The translations under genes were made by a program, and so were the position numbers. DNA of 55,030 bases from Candidatus Doudnabacteria bacterium (GTDB lineage Bacteria; Patescibacteriota; JABMPQ01; JAGQLO01), in assembly GCA_020429185.1 (NCBI GenBank), contig JAGQLO010000002.1, positions 1 to 55,030 on the forward strand, read 5' to 3'. Below the pieces are notes generated by a model. It made no database searches and was not told where the DNA came from. It saw only the letters and a program-made list of their open reading frames with translations. Below are positions 44,338 to 54,806 of this stretch, in pieces; position 1 is the first letter of the stretch, and each line of letters begins with the position of its first letter.

Positions 44338-45279
44338 TTACGCGCCTGCAGTAGCCTGCGTTTGCTCGTCTGTTTGCTCTGGAATCGGTTTCGATTCATG
44401 GTTTCGATATTTCATCCAGAATTTTACCGCAGACGCGATATGCACTCGCGTCAGACGATTTGTCAGTGCCATAAAGATATTTGGACTGGCAGATCCGCGT
44501 GCGTAATAGTGAATCATCTGTGCCTCCGGAAAGTAGGTCACCCGATACCCTGCGTCTCGGAAGCGTCGACACCAGTCAACGTCTTCAAGATACATGAAAA
44601 AGCGTTCATCCATGAGACCCACTTTTTCAATCACAGTTCGTCGAGCTAGCAACGAAGATCCGAGCATCCACGCCACTTCTCGTGTGGAGCTATGATCCCA
44701 GTCTTCCATGAGAAACTCAGAGACCATTCCTTTTCCTCGCTTGGTTTCCCCAAATTTTGTTCGCCGGTAGATCACAAGCGGAATCGTTGTATAACTTCCT
44801 AGACAAGAGTGCTGAAGCGAGCCGTTTGGATTCAGCAGTTTAGGCCCAAGCATGCCAATATCCTGCTCTTCTTCCATCTTGTTCATCATTTTGGTGAGAG
44901 CATCATCCAGAACAGTAATATCTGGATTGAGCAAAAGCACATACCGCCCTTTAGAAAGGCGCAGCCCCTGATTCATTGCTTTTGGAAATCCCAAATTTAC
45001 CTCGTTCGGAATAAACGTCACTCCTGGAAATTCGTCTTCAAGGAACTCCCCAAGTCCATCTCGAGAATCATTGTCGATGACGATGACTTCATATGTATAT
45101 CCCTGCGGCGGGAACTTTTCGATGGACTTCAAACATTGTCTCACCAAGGTCGGTGTTTTGTAGTTCAGAATGAGAATCGACAAATCCACGCTTGTCTCAG
45201 AGGAGAACTCACCGATCTCGTCTGCTTTTACAATGCGAGGATAGCGTCGCTCAAAAATAGAGGTTACTTCGCGTTCCAT
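44338..45279 (-). CDS. Family 2 glycosyltransferase
   Basis: LSILILNYKTPTLV, VIVIDNDSRDG, and an LLNPD DxD-like region. Confidence 0.85.
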   Translation of the reverse strand: MEREVTSIFERRYPRIVKADEIGEFSSETSVDLSILILNYKTPTLVRQCLKSIEKFPPQGYTYEVIVIDNDSRDGLGEFLEDEFPGVTFIPNEVNLGFPKAMNQGLRLSKGRYVLLLNPDITVLDDALTKMMNKMEEEQDIGMLGPKLLNPNGSLQHSCLGSYTTIPLVIYRRTKFGETKRGKGMVSEFLMEDWDHSSTREVAWMLGSSLLARRTVIEKVGLMDERFFMYLEDVDWCRRFRDAGYRVTYFPEAQMIHYYARGSASPNIFMALTNRLTRVHIASAVKFWMKYRNHESKPIPEQTDEQTQATAGA

Positions 45280-47813
45280 TGGTCTTGTTCATGCGCATAA
45301 AGACGACTCGTTGCCAGAATCTGTTGTCGCTTGTGCCAGGTTACCCGAATGCCTTTCAAAAAGGCAAGCTTCGAGACGAAGAGCACCTTTGGACTTCGGA
45401 TCAGCATGTATATCGCTTTTCCGAATTCAACTCCTACAACATACGGAAGTCTGCTGATAAACGTGCGCGCGAATACGTTCTTCACCAATAGATTCCATTG
45501 GTTTGTTGTACTTCGAATGCGCATCCATTCTGGCTTTGCCTCACGCTGCTCAATGAGTTTCGACACACTTGTTTTCTCAGAACTGCCCCGTTCCCATCGA
45601 TCGTGATACGCAACCGCAGATGGTATATACAATGCCTTTAATCCAAGATGGCGAAGACGATAGGCCATGTCGACGTCGTCCTTGTACATGAAGAATGATT
45701 CGTCCATATATTCTCCATGCGTCTGCACCAGTCGCTCTAATGCATCGCGACGATAGACAGCGAGCGCGCCCGAGACACCAAACACTTCGATCGGATCCTT
45801 CTCTTCTTCTGTGTCCTCTTCTCCACCCTTTCGCTCCACCACTCGAAGCGATGGAAGAGAAACGAGCCCCGTGGAATCTAGTATGGGGGTTTTTTCACCT
45901 TCTTTCATACGAAGGAGCTTCCCTTGGGCAACCCCTACATCTGGCCGTGCCTTTAGAACTTCCACGATCCGTTCAATATAGTCAGGTTCCAAGATCGTAT
46001 CCGGATTGAGTAACAGGATGACATCTTCGAGTGCTTGTTCGAACAAACGATTATGACCACCTGTAAATCCTCCATTTTCTGATGATTCAATCACCTCTGC
46101 GTCTGGAAAGCGCTCTCGCACGAAGTCAGCAGATCCATCCGTTGAATTGTTATCGATCACACGTACCGTGATCGGATAGGTCTGCGTTGTAAGCGAATCG
46201 AGCGCAGGTCCAATGATCTTTGCGGAGTTATATGTCACCGCATGAACGGCTACCGTTGGCTGTGTTGGGAGATCTGGTAACGCTTGGTGTGTTCTAAAGC
46301 GCTTCTGGCGCTCCGCGTCGAGTGATGCCCAATACACGCCTACAAAGAGAAGCCACCCAATACCAAGCGGATGATTGAGATATGGCGTTGTTGCATGCGT
46401 TAGAATCAACGCAAGAAGCGAAAGCGTCAGCCCAAGATGGAGACCTCTTTCGAGTCCTGTGGCTTCGCGCATGTGTCGAAAGCCCTCCCGCACCATCCAG
46501 CCCAAGAAGAATAGATAGACAAGTGCCGGAACACCCATTTTCAGCCAAAAGTCTAAGTAGCCCCATTCGAACGAGAACGTTGTAATGCGGTTGTGCCCGT
46601 GCGTGTCGATATAACGTGGATCTTCTGTGAGATACGTTACCGTCTCTCCAAATCCGGCACCCAGAACAGCATTTTGGAGCGTTGCGTCGAACAATTCTGG
46701 CAGCAGCCTCCATCGACTTGCTGCAGCCGCTTCCCCACCAAGGTCGGTTGTACGTTCTGAAATGAGTCCGAGAGATTCACCACCGCCACTTCCGCCAGGC
46801 AATGGCACACGAACCACAAACACAAACAATCCAAGCGAAAGCACAAACGCTCCGATTGTCGCAACAGAAAGCCAGAACACGCGCTTGATTCCAACGCGCT
46901 CTTTCCAAAGGAAGAGCGCTGCCCACACTACCATTGTGAGCAGGAATCCCACCCAGATACTTCGAGACAAGCTTACGAGAATAATGAGCGCCGATGCTAC
47001 AAATGTTCCTGTTCCCCACCCGAGCCACGCCCGCCACCGTTGTGTTTGTGCCGTAGAAAGATATTGATATGCCAGTAGCGCTCCAACTACAAAGAAGAGG
47101 AACAGACCGTAGATGTGACTTTGGAAGAACACACGGAAATATCCACCGAGATCAGAAATCTCCCCCACCCCTGTCGTGCGTACCCAAGCGTATGCCTCAG
47201 GGGTAATGCCGATGAGTTTGTGAGAAAACACAAACAAGATACTAAGGGTCTTGATGACACTCGCGAGAAACGCTCCTACCACGACGTGCAATGCTGTTGT
47301 TCTATTCGACTCAGTGCGCAGCACCATGAAGAACGCCGGAGCAAGCCCGAGAAATAGATACCCATTTACATCCAAGAAGACGTTCATGAGCCCATTCCCC
47401 CGCAACACACCAACAAGTACCCCCCAAACCACAACGGCTACGACCGCGAACCAACCGGTTGCGAATCGCGTACGAAAAAACGACCAGTCTCGTGTTCTCA
47501 CGATCTGTACGAGCCACGCGACGACGACCGCCAAAAACAGACCCAGTCGAAGCGAAAGCTTAAACTCCCCTACCTCAAACCAAAAGAGATACCCCTTTGA
47601 ACCAATGACGAGTTCTGCCAGCACGGCGAATATTCCGTACCGAAGATCTTTGAGTGACGCGAGCAGAACTAACAGTACAGTGACACCAAATGCAACCTCA
47701 TTCCATTCCGGGAATTGTTGTGCGATGAGTAACGACAACACTTCTGCAAACAACACAAACACAACCGTTCGGCGTGTTGCGATTCCAACAATGAATTCCT
47801 TCACGTTGTTCAT
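45264..47813 (-). CDS. Fusion of O-antigen ligase/polymerase-like (Wzy_C) polytopic membrane domain with a C-terminal GT2 glycosyltransferase
   Basis: About 480 aa with 10 or more TMs and a large loop (HNRITTFSFEWGYLDFWLKMG), then VHAVTYNSAKII..VRVIDNNSTDGS..LLNPD GT2 motifs. Confidence 0.78.
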   Translation of the reverse strand: MNNVKEFIVGIATRRTVVFVLFAEVLSLLIAQQFPEWNEVAFGVTVLLVLLASLKDLRYGIFAVLAELVIGSKGYLFWFEVGEFKLSLRLGLFLAVVVAWLVQIVRTRDWSFFRTRFATGWFAVVAVVVWGVLVGVLRGNGLMNVFLDVNGYLFLGLAPAFFMVLRTESNRTTALHVVVGAFLASVIKTLSILFVFSHKLIGITPEAYAWVRTTGVGEISDLGGYFRVFFQSHIYGLFLFFVVGALLAYQYLSTAQTQRWRAWLGWGTGTFVASALIILVSLSRSIWVGFLLTMVVWAALFLWKERVGIKRVFWLSVATIGAFVLSLGLFVFVVRVPLPGGSGGGESLGLISERTTDLGGEAAAASRWRLLPELFDATLQNAVLGAGFGETVTYLTEDPRYIDTHGHNRITTFSFEWGYLDFWLKMGVPALVYLFFLGWMVREGFRHMREATGLERGLHLGLTLSLLALILTHATTPYLNHPLGIGWLLFVGVYWASLDAERQKRFRTHQALPDLPTQPTVAVHAVTYNSAKIIGPALDSLTTQTYPITVRVIDNNSTDGSADFVRERFPDAEVIESSENGGFTGGHNRLFEQALEDVILLLNPDTILEPDYIERIVEVLKARPDVGVAQGKLLRMKEGEKTPILDSTGLVSLPSLRVVERKGGEEDTEEEKDPIEVFGVSGALAVYRRDALERLVQTHGEYMDESFFMYKDDVDMAYRLRHLGLKALYIPSAVAYHDRWERGSSEKTSVSKLIEQREAKPEWMRIRSTTNQWNLLVKNVFARTFISRLPYVVGVEFGKAIYMLIRSPKVLFVSKLAFLKGIRVTWHKRQQILATSRLYAHEQDQWNAK

Positions 47814-47816
47814 ACA

Positions 47817-48764
47817 CTAGTTCGTTTCAGTACTCTCCATCACTTCTTTGGACCCAGCTCTCTTCTTTGGATTCGGAAGAATGTTGATCCACTCAAGGAA
47901 CTGCACACCTACTGCAAGTGCGTAGCTTACTGGCATTAACGCCAATATCAGGAAGTACTCCTCAGGAGGACGATTCTTCGCGAAATACTTGAGCATGCTC
48001 GTGTTCAAAATGTGCTGCTCCTTTAGCGCTCGAAGTTGTCCGAAGGATTGTCCTTTGTGATGCAAGACGCGGGTTGTTGGAAGATATCGAATCTTCCAAT
48101 CCTTTCGATCGTGCACCTGCTTCAAGAGATCCACCTCTTCAAACCAGAGGAAGTACCGCTCATCAAACCCACCTAACTCGGTTAGCACTGAACGACGGAA
48201 AAAGAGTGCGGCCCCCATTGGCTGCTCTACATCTGCTTCCTGGGTGTAGTTAAAGTCTGTCGCAAGATAGCGCTCAATCGGTTCAAGATTTTTTACGAAG
48301 TGATGCAACTTTAGCAAAATGACAGATTGGTCATTGGCCGTTGGAAATCTCCGAATAGACTCTTGTAATGTTCCGTCTGGATTCTCGAGCTTAGGCGCCA
48401 CTATCGCCACTTCCTTGTGCGTCTCCATGTAGCTGTACAGCGTGCGAAGCGTGTCTTCGAATACCTCCGTGTCAGGATTCAGTATGAAGACGTATGTTGC
48501 CCGAGAACGCTTTATTCCAACATTGCATCCTTTTCCAAATCCCAGGTTGGCTCCTGACTGGATGACGGTTACCCAGTCGTCCTTTGCGAACACCTCGCGG
48601 AACTGTGCTTCACTTCCGTCACTAGAATCGTTATCGACGACAATGGCCTCAACCGAAAGGTCGCCCTTGTGTTCTTTTATGGACTGAATACAACGCGTTG
48701 TCAGATCCCTGGTATTCCAGTTCACGATTACGATGGAGATGGTGGCATTCATAGGCTCTATCAT
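47817..48764 (-). CDS. Family 2 glycosyltransferase
   Basis: ISIVIVNWNTRDLT, IVVDNDSSDGS, and ILNPD. Confidence 0.85.
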   Translation of the reverse strand: MIEPMNATISIVIVNWNTRDLTTRCIQSIKEHKGDLSVEAIVVDNDSSDGSEAQFREVFAKDDWVTVIQSGANLGFGKGCNVGIKRSRATYVFILNPDTEVFEDTLRTLYSYMETHKEVAIVAPKLENPDGTLQESIRRFPTANDQSVILLKLHHFVKNLEPIERYLATDFNYTQEADVEQPMGAALFFRRSVLTELGGFDERYFLWFEEVDLLKQVHDRKDWKIRYLPTTRVLHHKGQSFGQLRALKEQHILNTSMLKYFAKNRPPEEYFLILALMPVSYALAVGVQFLEWINILPNPKKRAGSKEVMESTETN

Positions 48765-49867
48765 GCTGTTTTCTGCTCTATCTGGTCAAGGAGAAGACTT
48801 GCATTCTTCACAATATCGTGTTCTTGCCGTGCGTACATCCGTGCATTTCTAGAATAACTCTCCCACCGTTCTTGGTTTACTGTTAGGTCCGATACCTCTC
48901 GTTTAAACAACTCCCAGTCACCATTGCATGCGATTCCAAATTCATAGTCATGTAACACGTTGTCCGGATTCACATGTAACGAAACGATTGGCGTACCGTT
49001 TTTTGCTGCCTCTACAAACGTGCTTGGGAATCCCTCCTGAGACGATGTATTGACGTGCACCTTTGCACTTGAGAACGCTGTGTCTAGTTCGGATGGCGGA
49101 ACCCGCTTTTGAAACGAGATGTTTTTAATCTGTTTTACCTGTTCATTCACACGTTCAAAAAGCTCTTCTTCTCCTGTTGCGGGCGGACACGCCATCCTGA
49201 AGGCGTTTGTTGGGAGCTCTTTTGCGAGCTGCAGTCCTTTTTCTGGTTGCTTCAGTGACGCACAGCGCCCAATCCAAAGCACTCCCTCACGAGATGAGAA
49301 ATCAGCTATCTCTTCTGCGAGTTGTGCTACAGATCGGATTCGAGTCACATCGGTTGTTCCTGCCCATCCGCGCTTTTGAAGTTGTAGTTTCTGGTAGTCA
49401 TTCTGCGCAATAACCGCATCCGCGCGAGAAAACGTCTGTAGAGACAACCAGCGCAACACAGGAAATCGATAGGCGGGATGATCCCCATCAGTCTCACCAT
49501 TATTTGCCACCATGTACACAAACTGCGCCCCCTGACGCTGAGCGAGTATTCCAATCACTCCCGAAAACGGAGACAATGCACGCTGTATATAGACATCAGC
49601 TGGATGACGCTTCATGCACTGATAGAACTGCTTTACACGTGCAACCAACGAAGCTTCAGCTTTGAGACACTTATACAACCAGACATCGCCAACCCGCACT
49701 GTTTCTGACTGTCCGTAGTCACCTACAAATACAAAAGTCTCCAGTCCGTCTCGTGAAGCGAGTTCTTTTGCAAAGAGGGATAGCTGCATTTCAGCTCCCC
49801 CGAATGTTGCATCTGTTTCAGGCACAAAAACGGGGTACGCTTTTGGCGCAATAAAACAGATCTTCAT
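48761..49867 (-). CDS. GT4 (GT-B fold) glycosyltransferase
   Basis: C-terminal EGFPSTFVEAAKNGTPIV (E-x7-E region) and a GGAE N-terminal motif. Confidence 0.8.
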   Translation of the reverse strand: MKICFIAPKAYPVFVPETDATFGGAEMQLSLFAKELASRDGLETFVFVGDYGQSETVRVGDVWLYKCLKAEASLVARVKQFYQCMKRHPADVYIQRALSPFSGVIGILAQRQGAQFVYMVANNGETDGDHPAYRFPVLRWLSLQTFSRADAVIAQNDYQKLQLQKRGWAGTTDVTRIRSVAQLAEEIADFSSREGVLWIGRCASLKQPEKGLQLAKELPTNAFRMACPPATGEEELFERVNEQVKQIKNISFQKRVPPSELDTAFSSAKVHVNTSSQEGFPSTFVEAAKNGTPIVSLHVNPDNVLHDYEFGIACNGDWELFKREVSDLTVNQERWESYSRNARMYARQEHDIVKNASLLLDQIEQKTA

Positions 49868-49872
49868 GCGTC

Positions 49873-51159
49873 TTACGCTGAAACTGGCTCTGTTGTGTCG
49901 CTCACTGTTCGCATCGTGCGAGACTGCTCTGCTTGTTTGGCAGCTCGCTCAGCAGACGAGGCTCCGATTGTGTAGTGCACTGCTAGCTTGCTAAACACTT
50001 CATGATTCACAGCACGAACCACATACTCAAATTGTGTTGTCATCACTTCAGGTACTGAGACTGTCTTGCATCCAAATATCTCTGCCCGCTCTGGGAACTC
50101 TGGCTCACAAATCGTGACGTTACAACCAAAGGAAGAAAGGTCTCGTACCAGATCTTCTACCTTTGAATTTCGAAGGTCTGGAACATCTGGTTTAAAGGTT
50201 GCTCCCAGAACACATACGTTTGCACCCTTCACTGTCAGCTCTCGCTCGATCATATCTTTTACCACCTGACCTGCATGATAGTGTGGCATTTCATCATTAA
50301 TGCGCCTACCAGACAAAATCATCTGCGGATGTACACCAATCTCTGTAGCTTTTTGAGCGAGATAGTATGGATCTACTCCAATGCAATGCCCCCCGACAAG
50401 ACCAGGATAAAACGGCAAGAAGTTCCATTTTGTTTCAGATGCGGCCAACACGTCTTGCACGTCAATATCAAGCTTGTCGAAAATCATCTTTAACTCATTC
50501 ATGAGGGCGATGTTTACGTCTCGCTGAATGTTTTCGATCACCTTCGCCGATTCTGCAACTTGAATAGATGTAGCTTTAAACACTCCAGCAGATGTCATTG
50601 CTCCGTACACTTCAGACAGTACTTCGAGTGTCTCCTCGTCGCATCCTGAAACGACCTTTACAATTTTGTCGATCGTGTGCTGTTTGTCTCCCGGATTCAC
50701 TCGCTCAGGTGAATATCCAACCTTGAAATCATTCATGTATGTGAGCCCGCTTTCGTTTTCAAGAATTTCGACACATACACCCTCTGTTACGCCTGGGTAC
50801 ACCGTTGATTCAAACGAAACGATAACCCCCCTCTTCAAATGCTGCCCTACGGTTTTTGTAGCTGCTTTGAGCGGAGAAAGGTCTGGCTGCTTTGCTGAGG
50901 TAATCGGCGTTGGAACGGCTACAATTACCACATCACACTCAGAAATAACTGATGGATCTACGTGAAACGAAATCGTCTGCAAGTCTTGCAAATCCTGTTC
51001 GTTCACTTCATCTGTTCTGTCCTTCCCCTTCTTTAGTTCCTGAATACGACTTTCATCGATATCGATCCCCCGCACCTCGAATGTTCGTGCAAGTTCAACG
51101 GCCAATGGAAGTCCTACATATCCGAGACCAACAACACCAACAGTGGGACGTGAATTCAT
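49873..51159 (-). CDS. UDP-sugar 6-dehydrogenase (TviB/WbpO/CapL-like nucleotide sugar dehydrogenase)
   Basis: VGVVGLGYVGLPLAVELA Rossmann motif, catalytic-Cys region GGHCIGVDPYY. ATG 51159 (MNSRPT) preferred to 51195. Confidence 0.88.
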   Translation of the reverse strand: MNSRPTVGVVGLGYVGLPLAVELARTFEVRGIDIDESRIQELKKGKDRTDEVNEQDLQDLQTISFHVDPSVISECDVVIVAVPTPITSAKQPDLSPLKAATKTVGQHLKRGVIVSFESTVYPGVTEGVCVEILENESGLTYMNDFKVGYSPERVNPGDKQHTIDKIVKVVSGCDEETLEVLSEVYGAMTSAGVFKATSIQVAESAKVIENIQRDVNIALMNELKMIFDKLDIDVQDVLAASETKWNFLPFYPGLVGGHCIGVDPYYLAQKATEIGVHPQMILSGRRINDEMPHYHAGQVVKDMIERELTVKGANVCVLGATFKPDVPDLRNSKVEDLVRDLSSFGCNVTICEPEFPERAEIFGCKTVSVPEVMTTQFEYVVRAVNHEVFSKLAVHYTIGASSAERAAKQAEQSRTMRTVSDTTEPVSA

Positions 51160-51234
51160 ACAACCTACGTAAGAAGTGACGGATAACGTGAACAATACTA
51201 CCTACTTTGATGGCTACGAAGCACGCTCTGCAGA

Positions 51235-52209
51235 CTAAGCGTATTCGTTCGTGTACCATTTCACAAATTCTCGAATTCCTTCGCTGAGCTGCACACTTGG
51301 CTCGTAGCCAACAAGACGTTTCGCTTTTGACACGTCTGCAAACGTCTCGCGGATATCGCCTGGCTGCATTGGCATCATATTCTTCTCTGCTGTGATTCCC
51401 AATACCGTCTCCAGTTCCTGAATACAATCCATGAGAGGCACTGGGCTTGAACACCCGAGATTCAAGATTTCGTATCCTAGCAAGTTCACATTTTCAAGAC
51501 ATGCAACAACCCCATCTACAATATCGTCGATATACGTGAAGTCCCGCACCATATCACCGTTATTGAATACGTTGATTGGCTTTCTTTCCAGCATCGCCTT
51601 TGTAAAGAGAAACAGTGCCATGTCTGGCCGTCCCCACGGGCCATACACTGTGAAGAATCGAAGTCCGATCGCATTGATTCCAAACAGGTGATGGTAGGTA
51701 TGCGCTTGGAGTTCACACGCGGCTTTTGTTGCCGCGTACAGCGAGATTGTTTTGTCGATTTTGACGTCTTCCTTGAATGGAATCTCTTTTACCCCACCGT
51801 ATACTGAACTGCTCGATGCGAAGACGATGTCTTTCACGTCGTTGTGACGCATGGCCTCCAGGATCGTAAGAGTTCCCAAGGAGTTGGATCGCTCATAGGC
51901 GAACGGATCTTCAAGGCTATAGCGAACACCTGCCTGTGCCGCAAGATGACAGACACGGTCGATGGATTCTTTTTCAAAGAGGGTATTCACTCCCTCTCGA
52001 TCTGAGACGTCCAGCTGTTCGAATGAAAACGCTGGGTATTGCTGAAGAATCTTCAGTCGTTTTTGTTTAAGCTCTGGGTCGTAGTAGTCGTTGAGATTAT
52101 CGATTCCAATCACCGTTTCTCCTTGTTCGAGTAATCGTCGTGACGTGTGAAATCCAATAAAGCCTGCCGCCCCAGTGACGAGCGTTGTTCGTTGTTCCAT
52201 AGCGCGCAA
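51235..52209 (-). CDS. NAD-dependent UDP-uronate 4-epimerase (CapI/LpsL-like SDR)
   Basis: LVTGAAGFIGFH, IGIDNLNDYYDPELK, and YAATK (YxxxK). Confidence 0.88.
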   Translation of the reverse strand: MRAMEQRTTLVTGAAGFIGFHTSRRLLEQGETVIGIDNLNDYYDPELKQKRLKILQQYPAFSFEQLDVSDREGVNTLFEKESIDRVCHLAAQAGVRYSLEDPFAYERSNSLGTLTILEAMRHNDVKDIVFASSSSVYGGVKEIPFKEDVKIDKTISLYAATKAACELQAHTYHHLFGINAIGLRFFTVYGPWGRPDMALFLFTKAMLERKPINVFNNGDMVRDFTYIDDIVDGVVACLENVNLLGYEILNLGCSSPVPLMDCIQELETVLGITAEKNMMPMQPGDIRETFADVSKAKRLVGYEPSVQLSEGIREFVKWYTNEYA

Positions 52210-52327
52210 TACAAAGTCGGGTGTGTGCTGCCGAGATTATACGCGAATCCCCTCATTTGACTAGAAGAACAGTTGCGTGGACGTGTTTCTGTCATGCGCG
52301 TATAGTTCTGCTACAGAAGCATGTCAC

Positions 52328-53704
52328 ATGAATTGGAGATATAACATTATACGATCAGTCATGAATGCGTTTGGCTCGATTGGCTGGCAACGTTATCAGG
52401 ATCTTCTTGCACTTGAACAGAAATCCCGACCAGAGCTTGAGGCTGTGCAGCGTGAGTTGCTCACCCACCTTCTCCGGCATGCCTCTGAGCACAACCCGTA
52501 CTATCGAGATCTGCTCCGAGAACATGATGTTGTTGCAGAAATTGGAACTGTCTGCCTGCAGAACTTTTCTTTACTGCCCCTTTTAACGAAAGGCATCATT
52601 CGAGAACAGGGCAAGCGCATGCAGAGTGATGACCATGCAACGCGTAAATCGTATATGAACTCCTCCGGCGGCTCGACAGGCGTCCCCGTTGAGTTCATGC
52701 AAGACCGTGTTCTTTGGGAAACGGGCATGGGAGCCAAGTTGTATTTCTGCGATGTTGCGGGAAAGCATCCGGGCGACCGAGAAGTAAAGCTATGGGGCTC
52801 AGAGCGCGATATTTTCAAGGGCTCAATCGGACTTTCTTCGCAGTTTAAGAACTGGGTGTTTAATCGGCATCTCCAAAATAGTTTTCGCATGTCTCCGGAG
52901 GTCATGGAGAAGTATGTTGAAGAACTGAACCGTTTTAAACCTCGTCTTATTTGGTCGTACGTCGACTCTGCGTACGAACTAGCGAAGTTTATTGAGAGCC
53001 GCGGATTAACCGTTCATTCCCCAAAAGCGATCGTTGTCACCGCTGGAACACTGTATGAGCCGGTCCGTACACACATTGAACGCATCTTCCAATCAAAAGT
53101 TTTGAACCAATATGGCTCGCGAGAAGTGGGCGCTATCGCTGCTGAGTGCCCCGCCCAAGAAGGACTTCACGTCTTCGAAAATCTTGTTCATCTTGAGTTG
53201 CTGGACACGCAAGGCCAGCCAGTGGCTCCGGGAGAAGTTGGCGAAATTATTGTGACTCCTCTTTCAAACTATTCCATGCCACTTCTTCGCTACCGTATTG
53301 GCGATACGGGTATTTGGAGTACACAGCCTGAATGTTCTTGCGGTCGGCCGTTCCGCCTGCTCGAACGTGTAACAGGCCGCGTAACAGACCACTTTAAAAC
53401 CGCCTCCGGTGAAATCATTCATGGTGAATACTTCACGCATCTGTTTTACCATCTTGAATGGGTTCAGAAGTTCAAAGTCACCCAGCATGGAGTACGCGCC
53501 ATTACTGTAGAGATTGTCCTCAGGGATGATGCATCACCCGTTCAAGCAGATGTCCATGAAATCGAGGAAAAGATTCAGCTTGTCATGGGAGTTGATTGTC
53601 AGGTGACATTTGAGTATGTCGACACAATTGCTCCATCTCCCTCTGGGAAATACCTCTATACAGAGTCAAAACTCACAAACACCCCCGTTCCTACAGAGGC
53701 ATAG
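52328..53704 (+). CDS. CapK-like adenylate-forming enzyme (phenylacetate-CoA ligase family)
   Basis: SSGGSTGVPVEF (AMP-binding P-loop equivalent), YGSREVG, and RYRIGDTG motifs. Divergent from the epimerase gene. Confidence 0.8.
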   Translation: MNWRYNIIRSVMNAFGSIGWQRYQDLLALEQKSRPELEAVQRELLTHLLRHASEHNPYYRDLLREHDVVAEIGTVCLQNFSLLPLLTKGIIREQGKRMQSDDHATRKSYMNSSGGSTGVPVEFMQDRVLWETGMGAKLYFCDVAGKHPGDREVKLWGSERDIFKGSIGLSSQFKNWVFNRHLQNSFRMSPEVMEKYVEELNRFKPRLIWSYVDSAYELAKFIESRGLTVHSPKAIVVTAGTLYEPVRTHIERIFQSKVLNQYGSREVGAIAAECPAQEGLHVFENLVHLELLDTQGQPVAPGEVGEIIVTPLSNYSMPLLRYRIGDTGIWSTQPECSCGRPFRLLERVTGRVTDHFKTASGEIIHGEYFTHLFYHLEWVQKFKVTQHGVRAITVEIVLRDDASPVQADVHEIEEKIQLVMGVDCQVTFEYVDTIAPSPSGKYLYTESKLTNTPVPTEA

Positions 53705-53720
53705 CAATTCTGCTTCCAAC

Positions 53721-53749
53721 AAAAAAAGCGCTTTGTATGCGCTTTTTTT
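53721..53749. terminator. Bidirectional rho-independent terminator
   Basis: AAAAAAA, then AGCGC-tttgtat-GCGCT, then TTTTTT, between convergent genes. Confidence 0.85.
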
Positions 53750-53757
53750 GGATTCTT

Positions 53758-54789
53758 CTAATTCGTTTCTTGAGAAGTGCTGACTCGCGCCTCCTTCGCT
53801 GTCGTCTCCTCAAACACCTCACGGATCACTTCTTCGATTTCAATCTCATCGATGAGAATGTCGTCTACATCGAATCGGCCGAGAATTTCTCTGGCAACCT
53901 CTGTACTTTGATCTTTCGGCACCACAAGCTCAAGATGTGTTGCCTCGCACTTTCGAATGGTGATGCCATGCGATGACTCTAGATCGGCGCACTGTTCTCG
54001 TTTGATCGGTGATTGGAATGATACCTTGAGGACTTTGCTGCTCACATGCCTATCCTTCAGTGCTTGCAGGCTTCCGTCATAGACGATTCCCCCATTGTTG
54101 ATCACAATTACACGCTCACAGAGTGCTTCGACGTCATCCATATAGTGCGACGTGAGAATGATTGTCGTCTTCTTCTCAGCATTCACTTTCCGAATAAACT
54201 CACGGATCGTTTGCTGGCTTGTGACATCTAGCCCAATAGTTGGCTCGTCCAAGAACAGCACTTTCGGTTCATGAAGAAGTGCAGCAATAAGCTCACACTT
54301 CATGCGTTGTCCAAGTGAAAGCTTTCGTACCTGTACATCAAGAATGTCGAGCACATCAAGCTTTGTTGCCAGATCATTCACAACCGCTTCATAGCGATCG
54401 TCTGGCACTTCGTAGATCTCCTTGTTTAACAAAAAGCTTTCGCGAGCAGGAAGGTCCCACCACAACTGATTCTTTTGACCCATGACAATTGAGAATTGCT
54501 TCTGGAACGCGCGCTGACGTTTCCATGGCACATGTCCAAGCACTGTCGCTTCGCCAGACGTTGGATAGAGAATGCCAGACAGCATCTTGAGTGTAGTTGT
54601 CTTCCCTGCGCCATTCGGACCAAGGAATCCAACAAGTTCACCTTCTTCGATATCGAAGGCAATACCTTTTACAGCATCCGTTTCGATTTTCTCGCGCTTA
54701 AATAGCGCCTTCAACGAGCCCTTAAAGCCTGGTTCTTTCTTGTACGCCTCATAGGTCTTTTTGAGGCCATTCACTTCAATAATTGGCAT
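53758..54789 (-). CDS. ABC transporter ATP-binding protein (ABC-2 exporter type, with C-terminal extension)
   Basis: Walker A GPNGAGKTTT, LSLGQRMKCELIAAL, and LFLDEPTIGLD. N-terminal KKEPGFKGSLKALF segment typical of the COG4586-like group. Confidence 0.88.
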   Translation of the reverse strand: MPIIEVNGLKKTYEAYKKEPGFKGSLKALFKREKIETDAVKGIAFDIEEGELVGFLGPNGAGKTTTLKMLSGILYPTSGEATVLGHVPWKRQRAFQKQFSIVMGQKNQLWWDLPARESFLLNKEIYEVPDDRYEAVVNDLATKLDVLDILDVQVRKLSLGQRMKCELIAALLHEPKVLFLDEPTIGLDVTSQQTIREFIRKVNAEKKTTIILTSHYMDDVEALCERVIVINNGGIVYDGSLQALKDRHVSSKVLKVSFQSPIKREQCADLESSHGITIRKCEATHLELVVPKDQSTEVAREILGRFDVDDILIDEIEIEEVIREVFEETTAKEARVSTSQETN

Positions 54790-54806
54790 AGTGGTTTGAG
54801 TGTAAC